The position numbers and the translations under genes were made by a program. Of a stretch of 43,950 nt of DNA, positions 26,566 through 35,059 are shown piece by piece. The stretch comes from a virus (lineage: Duplodnaviria; Caudoviricetes): the IMG/VR virus record IMGVR_UViG_3300032216_000553, positions 1 to 43,950 of that record. One strand, written 5' to 3'. The notes beneath the pieces are model-generated. The model saw only the letters and a program-made list of their open reading frames with translations, was not told the origin of the DNA and ran no database searches. Each line of letters begins with the position of its first letter. The stretch's first letter is position 1.

Positions 26566-26933
26566 TTCACTTCTCCTGTTCTGTCTAAGATGTAATACAG
26601 CGTGTCAGATACTTTGAACCCTAGCTCGGGCACAAGGTCACCCTCCTGCGCTATACGTAGCATGGATATGGATTCCATAACCCATGTAGGCACATCCTCT
26701 TGTGGAATGTTGTGCCGTGTTCTCCCTGAGATGGTAGGTAATGTGAAGTCCAGTATGTTGACCGTATCATCTTCATTCACCTCTACACGTAGAACATCTC
26801 TGTTGTTGATAACACCTTGCGTAAACATCTGTGCCCAATCGTTTAAGAGTATGCTGGTACGCATCGCTCGGTTTAGTTTGTCGAATGATTCCACCAACGC
26901 AGGGGCAACATCATTGAATGAATTGGTGATCAT
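26562..26933 (-). CDS. Hypothetical protein, paralogous to the C-terminus of 26930-27829
   Basis: ATGA overlap; EDVP...LRIA...GFKVS. Confidence 0.65.
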   Translation of the reverse strand: MITNSFNDVAPALVESFDKLNRAMRTSILLNDWAQMFTQGVINNRDVLRVEVNEDDTVNILDFTLPTISGRTRHNIPQEDVPTWVMESISMLRIAQEGDLVPELGFKVSDTLYYILDRTGEVK

Positions 26934-27829
26934 GCGAACACCCAAAAAGTTGTAGCTGAGATGCGAACACCCACATCCAAGATAGCGGTATCGTCACTTG
27001 CGATCTGTAGCACAGCCACCTTATCACGGATGAACTCAGGCACATCTTCGATGTTAGTGCATTCAATCGCTGGCGCACTCTCATCTGTGAAGCGGTACGT
27101 CAAGCTGGTAGGCTTGAGCCATACGAAACAAGCTCGTGGCTTGTAATTCACGACACGCTTTAATTCTGCACCCTCATTGGCTATCAAGTCAAATGCCGCT
27201 CTGAATTCATTAGTGACAGGTTGATACCCTGCGGCAATCATGTTTGCCACTTCAGTGTTTACCGTATCGCAACCCACCCTCGTTGCTTCATACAACTTGT
27301 TACGTGCAGGAGCACGGATTTGCCCAATGCCAGTGTCGAGATCGCGTTTGTATTTTTCTTTAAGGTCTTCAAAGCCCACGGGCACGAGTGTCTTCAGTGC
27401 AACCTTCAACAACTTATCCAAGTCTTTAGATGTGCGTGTGTTGTAACCATCGCTGTTGAACCGAAACTTCTCGTTCTTGATTCGCTTGGAATACACGTTG
27501 TAAACAACGTCATTCTTCTCAGTTGTAGAAATGAAAAGTTTACCTGCGGCATATTGTGGTGCGTCAGGAAACGCAATGCCTACGCCATCACACACGTTGT
27601 ACCATATCCCCGATGCTTCGTTTCGCACGGACATGATGTTTGCGTCCAAACGTGGAACGATGTTGTAGCGTTTGGCTTTGAACGCTTTGTAAAGCTCCAG
27701 TGCTTTGGGATGCACGGGGAAGTCACCAATCCAGTGTTGATGCCCCATCTGCTTCGCTTGTAGGTAAAGGTTGTTGAAACGGTTGAACGTAAAGCTGTCG
27801 CTCAAGAATGTATCTACTGTTGTTTCCAT
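26930..27829 (-). CDS. Hypothetical early protein
   Basis: 299 aa with strong RBS GAAAGGAAATCATC. Confidence 0.75.
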   Translation of the reverse strand: METTVDTFLSDSFTFNRFNNLYLQAKQMGHQHWIGDFPVHPKALELYKAFKAKRYNIVPRLDANIMSVRNEASGIWYNVCDGVGIAFPDAPQYAAGKLFISTTEKNDVVYNVYSKRIKNEKFRFNSDGYNTRTSKDLDKLLKVALKTLVPVGFEDLKEKYKRDLDTGIGQIRAPARNKLYEATRVGCDTVNTEVANMIAAGYQPVTNEFRAAFDLIANEGAELKRVVNYKPRACFVWLKPTSLTYRFTDESAPAIECTNIEDVPEFIRDKVAVLQIASDDTAILDVGVRISATTFWVFA

Positions 27830-27855
27830 GATGATTTCCTTTCAGTTATTAATGA

Positions 27856-29067
27856 TTAGTCGATGTGAATTACTTTGCCCACAGAGGGCACCACTTTGTT
27901 ACCACCCACGATAGTCCACAGTACGGGTGCAGACCACGTACCCCAACCACCGCTGATGTAACCATCAGTCAGCACGATCACACACTCGGGCTTGATCTGA
28001 TTCTTCTTCAGATACTCTGCAACGCATGTCACAGCAGTACCGCCACCACCTGCCGGTTTAGTGGATGAAGTTAACTTGTCCAGTTGCTCTTGCGAATACA
28101 CCTCGTGTGCCGCCACCTCGGTGTCCCAATACAACAAGTCCACCTTCTCGGGTTGAACCGTCACGCAGATGGCTTGCACCTCGGACAAGAACTTGTTCAA
28201 CTCATCGCCACCGATTGAACCTGATGTATCGACAGCCACCACGATACGGCCTATCGTTTCGCTGATAGTTGATGGCATGTAAACATCATGCTGAAGCCAA
28301 CGTCGATTAACACGTTGCCATGTGGAGATGTCCTTGCCTGCGGCCGTAGACGATATGAACTCACGCAACTGTTCACGCCAGTCAACCTTTGGCTCAAGCA
28401 ACTTGCCAAGCACCAACGATTGATTGCCACCCAACTTGCCAGCAGCTAGTTGACCCTGACGAATCGCTTGGTCGATTTCCTTGGTGACCTCTTCAATTTC
28501 TTCTTGGGACATTCCTTGACCCGATTCCCAATCGTGATCATCGAGACCTGTTCCCTCGCCCTCTCCCTCGCCCCCACCCTCACCATCATTACCTTGGCCA
28601 CCATCCTCGTCCTTCTCTTCTCGCAAGATGTTGTAGACCTGTAATGAATCCATGCCACGGAACCGCTCGTCTAACAACCCACCCTTGGGCAATGTCACGA
28701 ACCCATCCGTCTGCACAGACAGATCGTGAATGATCAGGTTGATCACGTAGTCGCATGCCATGTTAGCGGTGCGTCCATCTTCTTTGTAAAGATGCTGCCA
28801 CAAGAACATATGCTGAAAGACCTTGTGCAGATTCTCGTGCATGATCAACCCACGCAGGTCAGGGTCAGTCAAGTCTTTGATGAACTTGCTACCGTACTGA
28901 CAGTCGATACCGTTAGTCCGTGCAGTAGGTACATCGTCACGCACTTCGTACTTACCGACCATCAACACACCAGCATACGCTTGGGTGTGTGGGTTATCCA
29001 TCAACTCCACATGAGCACGATGGATACGCTGTGTTGCTGTTAACGAATTGACTTGAGTAATAAACAT
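27856..29067 (-). CDS. Metallopeptidase plus VWA domain protein (DUF2201-like)
   Basis: HENLH zincin motif, acidic Gly linker, MIDAS DTSGS, GGGT and LTDG. Confidence 0.88.
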   Translation of the reverse strand: MFITQVNSLTATQRIHRAHVELMDNPHTQAYAGVLMVGKYEVRDDVPTARTNGIDCQYGSKFIKDLTDPDLRGLIMHENLHKVFQHMFLWQHLYKEDGRTANMACDYVINLIIHDLSVQTDGFVTLPKGGLLDERFRGMDSLQVYNILREEKDEDGGQGNDGEGGGEGEGEGTGLDDHDWESGQGMSQEEIEEVTKEIDQAIRQGQLAAGKLGGNQSLVLGKLLEPKVDWREQLREFISSTAAGKDISTWQRVNRRWLQHDVYMPSTISETIGRIVVAVDTSGSIGGDELNKFLSEVQAICVTVQPEKVDLLYWDTEVAAHEVYSQEQLDKLTSSTKPAGGGGTAVTCVAEYLKKNQIKPECVIVLTDGYISGGWGTWSAPVLWTIVGGNKVVPSVGKVIHID

Positions 29068-29127
29068 AGTGAACTCCTGTTAGTTAAACGTAGGGCAAAT
29101 TCCCACCGTGGGAAATGCCCGTCACTC

Positions 29128-30216
29128 TCACGCAGACTTCTTAGCAAACATATAGTTGTTATCTGCCGCGAACTTGGCGAACTCTGTGTTCGTTGCCGCG
29201 ACCTGACGCTTGGGGCATTTGTCAGACATGATTGACCGAGCAAACAAACCCTGTGCTTCTTTGGGTAGACGTGTCACAAACTTCATCCACGCTTGGATAG
29301 TGTCACGTTCAATGCGTTGCACTGCCTTGCTTACCAACATACATGTAGCGGCAGCAGACGTTGGCACAGTCACAGTCTCGGGCGACTTGACCAAATCATC
29401 CCATGCCACCAACTGACTGTCGAGCTTGTCCATCGTCAAGATGTTGTGCATTGCTTTCTCACCCACCGTACCGGATAACGCATGGCACATCACATCATCA
29501 CCCAAGATGCGGGTACGCTCATACACATACGATGCCCGCTCCATAGAACGTGGTGTCACGAATGACTGACGCACAGTACGCGGGTCATTGATGTATGTAT
29601 TCTGCTCAGGCTTCTCGTACTGTTCAAACGATGCAAACATCTCGGGATACTCTGCAACCGTGCCAATGATGACGGGGTTGATACCGTTGGGGATAGCGAA
29701 CTCCTCAATCCACGTTTGTGCATTGGGCTTTGCCGCACGTACCACCGTGATACGGTTACGTGCATGTGGCGGCATGTTGTCACCCACACCCTCGATGGCA
29801 AGGTTAGTCGTACCGAACACGATACCGTCCAGCTGATACACACCCAACGAACGCTCATTCATTAGACGCAAGCAAGCATTCATCACACCGCCCTTGGCTT
29901 TGCCGATCTCATCGAGCATCATGATGACCTTCTTACCTTTGAAGTGGAACCCGAACTCCTCATTCGGAATGAACGCACACACCTCGTTACCGTCCACGTC
30001 CTTGATCTTGGGAACGATGAAGTCACCAACATCTTTGGTAGTGATGTCCACGTAGCAGAAGTAATAGTCCTTGAACTTAGGCATGGCTTTGAGCATCTTG
30101 AGGATGGCTGACTTGCCAATGCCCATCTCGCCCTGCACTAGGACAGTTTGTTGATCACCGACTGCGGCAATCAGGTCAGCACATTGCTTGAGAGTTAAAG
30201 AGTTATACAGAGACAT
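29128..30216 (-). CDS. MoxR-like AAA+ ATPase
   Basis: Walker A GEMGIGKS, Walker B MLDE, TTN sensor, NR finger and TPRS. Confidence 0.88.
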   Translation of the reverse strand: MSLYNSLTLKQCADLIAAVGDQQTVLVQGEMGIGKSAILKMLKAMPKFKDYYFCYVDITTKDVGDFIVPKIKDVDGNEVCAFIPNEEFGFHFKGKKVIMMLDEIGKAKGGVMNACLRLMNERSLGVYQLDGIVFGTTNLAIEGVGDNMPPHARNRITVVRAAKPNAQTWIEEFAIPNGINPVIIGTVAEYPEMFASFEQYEKPEQNTYINDPRTVRQSFVTPRSMERASYVYERTRILGDDVMCHALSGTVGEKAMHNILTMDKLDSQLVAWDDLVKSPETVTVPTSAAATCMLVSKAVQRIERDTIQAWMKFVTRLPKEAQGLFARSIMSDKCPKRQVAATNTEFAKFAADNNYMFAKKSA

Positions 30217-30303
30217 GATGATTTCCTTTCAGGGGGGTTGATTAAACTACTTACACAAACATAGGGCAAATTCCCACCGTGGGAAGAAGCCCCGCACTCA
30301 CAC

Positions 30304-31206
30304 TTACAGAGAGAACTTATCCAGCATGGCGTCCACCTTGCGCTTGGTCTGTTCACGCAGGGTATCGCTGTCACGCAGAGAGTCAGCATCGACACCACGC
30401 AGGGCATCTTCTAACTGCTTACGCATCTCGTCCATACGCACATCACCAGTGATGTTGAATGTCTTAAGCAAGCCAGCGATCTCCACGGCATTGTCAACAA
30501 GCGAGTCACGGAAAATCTTGCGCTTGCTCTCACCGTTGGCATCCGTGGTATCGGATAGACGCTCAGACATGCGGCTCAGGCAGTCATGCAAACGCTCCCA
30601 AGCATCTTGCATAGCACCTTCGACACGGGTCTTCAACACACCCTCATACTGCGCTTGCAATTCCTTCAAGCCAGCTTCGCCAATGTCCACACGGAAGTCA
30701 CCCGCCTGTGGCAATGGGGTCATGCTGTAGCGCAACCCAAACTTGGATTCAATGTGGTCACGTGTGGGATAGTCCTCACGGTTGAACAAGTCACCCAGTT
30801 GGAACGCTGCTGCCGCAACCAGCGTGTCGTAGTCATTCAGAAAGCTATTGACAGCATTACCAAACTGCTGCTCGTAGTCTGTGAGTCGATCTTTGAACTC
30901 CATGTAGTACGCCATGTTCAGCACACGATCACCGTTGTCACCCCACGGTTGGGTCACACCATACAACCAGCTACGGATAGCGTTGGCAATCTTGCCGATC
31001 TCCTCCAGCTTGCCGCTACCTGCCATCAGGTTCTTGTTGTAGTTACCTGCACGGGTCTTGGTTGATTTGGCTTGGTCAACTTCCTCGGACACACGCTTGT
31101 CCAGCTTACGCCCCGTCCATACGGACAGCGAGAGGTTCACGATCAGCGCAGAGGATGAGAGTTTGGACACGCTGAAGTTGTCCAAGTCGATTGCAAAGTT
31201 ACTCAT
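30304..31206 (-). CDS. DUF3150-like protein
   Basis: LSVWTGRKLD, PWGDNGDRVL and FNREDYP motifs; adjacent to the AAA/VWA pair. Confidence 0.6.
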   Translation of the reverse strand: MSNFAIDLDNFSVSKLSSSALIVNLSLSVWTGRKLDKRVSEEVDQAKSTKTRAGNYNKNLMAGSGKLEEIGKIANAIRSWLYGVTQPWGDNGDRVLNMAYYMEFKDRLTDYEQQFGNAVNSFLNDYDTLVAAAAFQLGDLFNREDYPTRDHIESKFGLRYSMTPLPQAGDFRVDIGEAGLKELQAQYEGVLKTRVEGAMQDAWERLHDCLSRMSERLSDTTDANGESKRKIFRDSLVDNAVEIAGLLKTFNITGDVRMDEMRKQLEDALRGVDADSLRDSDTLREQTKRKVDAMLDKFSL

Positions 31207-31290
31207 GATGATTTCCTTTCAAGGTTGTGACGTTTTCCCACTGTGGGAATTTACGTCTGCTTACTAACAAAATTAACTAACACAAACTAC

Positions 31291-31318
31291 ATTATAACAG
31301 ATTGACAAAGAATGTCAA
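31291..31318 (-). promoter_or_regulatory. Consensus sigma-70 early promoter
   Basis: TTGACA-16 bp-TATAAT with TGn extension; overlaps the inverted repeat TTGACA-N5-TGTCAA (31302-31318). Confidence 0.85.
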
Positions 31319-31443
31319 CCTGCCCGCCACACATACAGGTCTAAACACAGCACTACTAGTGCGGCAAGGTAGAGAAGAATCCACAAGATGTTGGTACGTA
31401 TGGATTTGATTTGCTCCGTTGTGAACTGCTCTTCGCGTCTCAT
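31315..31443 (-). CDS. Small membrane protein (42 aa)
   Basis: GGAGG SD and ATGA overlap; one TM helix ILWILLYLAALVVLCLDLYVW. Confidence 0.6.
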   Translation of the reverse strand: MRREEQFTTEQIKSIRTNILWILLYLAALVVLCLDLYVWRAG

Positions 31444-31643
31444 GTGTTTGCCCTCCATCCGTAGGTCTTGATGTTGTGTGGTGTGTTGAACTGCGTTGCC
31501 GCATACATGCGCTTGGCACGGGTGATCGTCAGCCCATCCCATTCGATGCGCTCGGTCTCAGTCTCCACGTAGAACGTATATGTAGTGGGCTTGTCCTCGG
31601 TGTCCCACATGTCCATCGTTAGGGTATCTTCAGGTTGTTTCAT
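31440..31643 (-). CDS. Hypothetical protein
   Basis: GAGG SD; in the early operon. Confidence 0.6.
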   Translation of the reverse strand: MKQPEDTLTMDMWDTEDKPTTYTFYVETETERIEWDGLTITRAKRMYAATQFNTPHNIKTYGWRANT

Positions 31644-31646
31644 GAA

Positions 31647-31871
31647 TTATTCACCTCTCAATATCTTTTGGTTTGTTTGTTTCAACGTCAAATGTGCAGA
31701 GTCACGTGTGACGAACATGTACCCGCCCTTGCCGTACTCCTGCACCACCGTCCAGCTTTTACGCTCTGCTCGTGCGGCATCCTCGCCACACCACAAACAC
31801 AGGGGTGTCAGTCGTGCCCTCTCAGGCGGGTCAATTTCATCACCGCATATGCGGCAGTCTGTTGCGCTCAT
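31647..31871 (-). CDS. Small zinc-finger protein
   Basis: CxxC...CxxC (CRIC, CLWC), resembling the DksA/TraR C4 finger spacing. Confidence 0.65.
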   Translation of the reverse strand: MSATDCRICGDEIDPPERARLTPLCLWCGEDAARAERKSWTVVQEYGKGGYMFVTRDSAHLTLKQTNQKILRGE

Positions 31872-32041
31872 ACCATCTCCTCCACGGGTTGGCGTAACTC
31901 ATGGGCTACGCATGCACCCCACGTTTTACTGTGAGTTTGTGCCCACATCAGGGCTTGCTCTTCACTGTCAAACAGTCCGAACACTTCGCTTGGCTCGTAG
32001 TCAAAGAACAATGTGACTACCCATTTCTTGTCGTTGTTCAT
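31868..32041 (-). CDS. Hypothetical protein
   Basis: AAGGA SD, ATG at 32041; FGLFDSEEQA..WA. Confidence 0.6.
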   Translation of the reverse strand: MNNDKKWVVTLFFDYEPSEVFGLFDSEEQALMWAQTHSKTWGACVAHELRQPVEEMV

Positions 32042-32765
32042 GTCACTTTCCTTTCGAGTTTCAAATTTCAAACGATGGCGAAACTGCCACCGCATAGCAC
32101 ACAGTTCGGTTCCTCTCGGTTCTTCCCTATGTGCTACACGTTATAGTTTCTTGATGTTTCGGTTTGTTTAGTGTTGGCTGTTCTAACTGCGATAGTGTTT
32201 GTCGTTCACGCATCTCCCATTTCCCATTTGTGGTCAAATTCCCACCGTGGGAAAACGGCTCGTGTTCCTAGAAGTTGTTGGTATGTGTTCGGTTTGTGTC
32301 GTCAGGCTTGCCGCCCATCAATAAATAAAATCAACACTCACTCTCACATACATACTCTTCGTTAGGGTTGTTGCACGTCTCCATGCAGAGCACCCCACAC
32401 GCACCAGCATTCACTCACGCTCATGCTGATTTAAGCAGTATCTATTTGGCTTTGCGCTTTGCTATCGGTCTTGTTCGGTGCGATTTGGCACACTACTGAC
32501 TTACACCACAAAGTGCCCCGACTGACTACGGGACGCCTATTCACGCATGGAAGGTTTCATGGGTTGTATGTATCGTGGGCTTCGCAATCCATCCTATACA
32601 TACAGACCTTTCTACCTTTGCGCTTCTTGCATCGAGCAAGCGGCGGTTTAGTTTGCAATTTCCCACCGTGGGAAATCGCTGGTTTGGCATGTTGTTAAAG
32701 AGCATGGCGGATAGGCGAAAGGCGAGGACGATGCCTGCATTTCTTAATCTAACCAACCAGCCTAC

Positions 32766-32794
32766 ATCTTAACACAAACTGTCTTAGTTGTCAA
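32766..32794 (-). promoter_or_regulatory. Sigma-70 early promoter
   Basis: TTGACA-17 bp-TAAGAT with TGn extension, followed by GTAG as in the 31291 promoter. Confidence 0.75.
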
Positions 32795-33258
32795 GTTGGT
32801 ATAGCGTGTTATACGGGAGTAATGGGAAGTGTTTTTTTCCTTTTATTCTCAAAAATTCTGTGAGCACAGAAAAAAGCAAACCCAATAGGCATGCGGGTTG
32901 CGAGAGGTTTTTGGTGTTTTTTTCCAAAATTCTGTGATTTTGAGTGTGAGCGGGAGAATACGGCAGAGGGCGTGAGAGAACACGCTTAAAAACCTAAAAA
33001 CAGGGGAAATAGGGAAGTTTTGAGAATTGTCTCTTCATATATATTTTTTAGAGAATAATAGAATAATAGGGGGAAAACCGTGCGTAAGTGCTTGATTTCA
33101 TTGGGCTTTATAAAATTCTGTGCGTGCAGAATTTTTCAGAAAAATTGAATTTAATCACATGCAGCACTGCCTTGTATCCGTTGGACATTTCCCACCGTGG
33201 GAAATTGGTTCCAACCAGTGGGATGTTGCTATGCGTAGCCCTATTTGATACAACCGCG

Positions 33259-33429
33259 TGCGGCCCGCATCTAGGGAACAGGTATCAATATGTTTTTGTA
33301 CGATTTCCCACTGTGGGAAATAACATAGCTTTTATGTGGCCAACATCTTTTGGTGTGATGACACGTGGCAACTTCTTTTGGTGTGTGGAAAGTACGGCCT
33401 GCGGCCCGCGTCGAGGGAACAGGTCTCAA
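33259..33429 (+). repeat. 30-bp imperfect direct repeat (33259-33288 and 33400-33429)
   Basis: TGCGGCCCGC(A/G)TC(T/G)AGGGAACAGGT(A/C)TCAA, 27/30 identical. Confidence 0.85.
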
Positions 33430-33489
33430 AAAGTTGTTGACGTGAGAACGTCAACACAATTAAAATCAGCCTATGGCTGATTTCAGGGC

Positions 33490-33520
33490 GAAAAAAAACC
33501 CCGACCTTTCGGTCAGGGCT
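33490..33520 (-). terminator. Rho-independent terminator after 33535-34035
   Basis: On the - strand: GCCCTGACC-GAAA-GGTCGGGGT followed by a T-run. Confidence 0.85.
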
Positions 33521-33534
33521 TCGAGAGTCAGGTC

Positions 33535-34035
33535 TTATTCGACCTTGTAACCTTCTGCTTTGAGCATCTCAATCACAATTTCAGTTATTGAACCCTCATC
33601 ATCATCGTAGGCAATTTCAATTGCAGCCAAGATGTCGAGACCTTCATCTGCTTTGATCATCTTGAACAGTGCATCAAGCGCAGGGTTTTCACGTTCCTGC
33701 TTTGGTGCTTTACCCTTGACTGCTTTGCGACCGCCTGCTTTGGTGCCACCCCAATCAGTTACCGGCTTACCAGTCTTCACTGCTTCTTTGAACAGCGACA
33801 AGTAGTTTTGAGCAGTTTTCTTTGCCCAGCCAGCACCAACCAAAGTGTCAACAAAAGATGTTGCAGTAGCACAAGTACCGTAGCGGCCGACCACTACTTT
33901 GGCCTTATGCATGACGGCCATTTCTTTGTTGGCATTGTCACGCAAAGATGTGGCCTTATCGTCATGGCCTTTAGCCTCAACCAATTTGATAGCCACGGAA
34001 GCAGCTTGTGCTGCGTAAGAGATTGCATTGGACAT
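33535..34035 (-). CDS. Isolated early hypothetical protein (166 aa)
   Basis: GAAAGGGACATC RBS before ATG 34035; has its own terminator. Confidence 0.7.
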   Translation of the reverse strand: MSNAISYAAQAASVAIKLVEAKGHDDKATSLRDNANKEMAVMHKAKVVVGRYGTCATATSFVDTLVGAGWAKKTAQNYLSLFKEAVKTGKPVTDWGGTKAGGRKAVKGKAPKQERENPALDALFKMIKADEGLDILAAIEIAYDDDEGSITEIVIEMLKAEGYKVE

Positions 34036-34432
34036 GATGTCCCTTTCAATGTGCAGATTGTTAAGGTAAGTATGAATCGACCGCACCTCGCCGATCCATG
34101 AATGAATTACACCACAAGTAGCTACAGATTGCACGGGATAGCACGGGCTTGACACCTAGGGCATCACAATTTCCCACCGTGGGAAGATCGACCCCCCACC
34201 CCCTAGATTCGGCCGGGTCTTTTGGGGCGGGCCTATGCACTGTAATATGCACAACCAAACAAAACGAAAAATATAAAAGACCCCCCTACCCCGTGCAAAT
34301 TTTCATAACCGTTAACCCCGTCCAATATAGATAACACCCCCCAACATCTTTGTATGTGAAATACCCCCACCCCATATATAATTTTTAAAAAAGCGTGTAC
34401 ACTTCGCACAAATTGGAGCCACAAACCGCGCC

Positions 34433-35059
34433 ATGATGCTCGTTACACCAGAACTAGACATCCCACTACCTTCTTCGCTTACCCCGCAAGAAGCTAAAAG
34501 TCTGCATGAAAAAGCCAAAATTGCTTTTGGCACGGTTGAGTTTTTAACCGCCAACGGGATGCAGCCTCCCGAACCTACCCCCAAAGACAGAAAAGAAGCA
34601 CGTGCTCAATTTTTTGAAGCACCTCATGCGGATATAGAAATAAAAAGTCCAGCTACGGCGCTTTTGCTCAAGACCATGCTGGATGAGTACGATGTAGAAG
34701 TCGTGCGAAACGCCGCGCAAGTTCGCAACTACGTGAAAATGCGGCTGATGATGTTGACAGATTCTTCTAAGGAGTCGGTGCAACTTAAGGCGTTAGAGCT
34801 TCTAGGTAAGATGAGCGACGTGGGTGCGTTTGCAGAACGTGTGGAAATCAACGTCACACACCGGTCTACTGAAGAACTGCAAGCAGAACTGGCCAACAAG
34901 TTGTCTGCTTATATGAATGACATCATTGATGTTGAAGCCAAAGCCATTGAAATTCCCGAGGAAAGGTATCTCAACAACGCTCCAGCGGTGCAAGTCATCG
35001 ACGTGGATGAAGAGTTGGGGTTGGCCGGTAATGAATTAAGTGGCCTTGACGATGAGTGA
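34433..35059 (+). CDS. terS: Putative terminase small subunit
   Basis: Directly upstream of terL; LKALELLGK..VGAF.ER.E motif. Confidence 0.65.
   Translation: MMLVTPELDIPLPSSLTPQEAKSLHEKAKIAFGTVEFLTANGMQPPEPTPKDRKEARAQFFEAPHADIEIKSPATALLLKTMLDEYDVEVVRNAAQVRNYVKMRLMMLTDSSKESVQLKALELLGKMSDVGAFAERVEINVTHRSTEELQAELANKLSAYMNDIIDVEAKAIEIPEERYLNNAPAVQVIDVDEELGLAGNELSGLDDE

Larger units (their letters stand above)
29100..34185. repeat. Eight dispersed copies of the palindrome TTCCCAC(C/T)GTGGGAA
   Basis: Copies start at 29100, 30271, 31235, 32239, 32660, 33189, 33305 and 34171; all fall outside the genes called here. Confidence 0.92.

Noticed and set aside
34149-34180. TTGACA on the + strand as a late promoter
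   Set aside because: No acceptable -10 at 16-18 bp; that position falls in the palindrome.
29100-34185. Palindromic repeats plus a Cas4-like nuclease as a CRISPR system
   Set aside because: Spacing is irregular (116 to >1100 bp) with whole genes in between, and the repeat is only 15 bp. There is no cas1/cas2, and the nuclease sits in a normal phage replication module.
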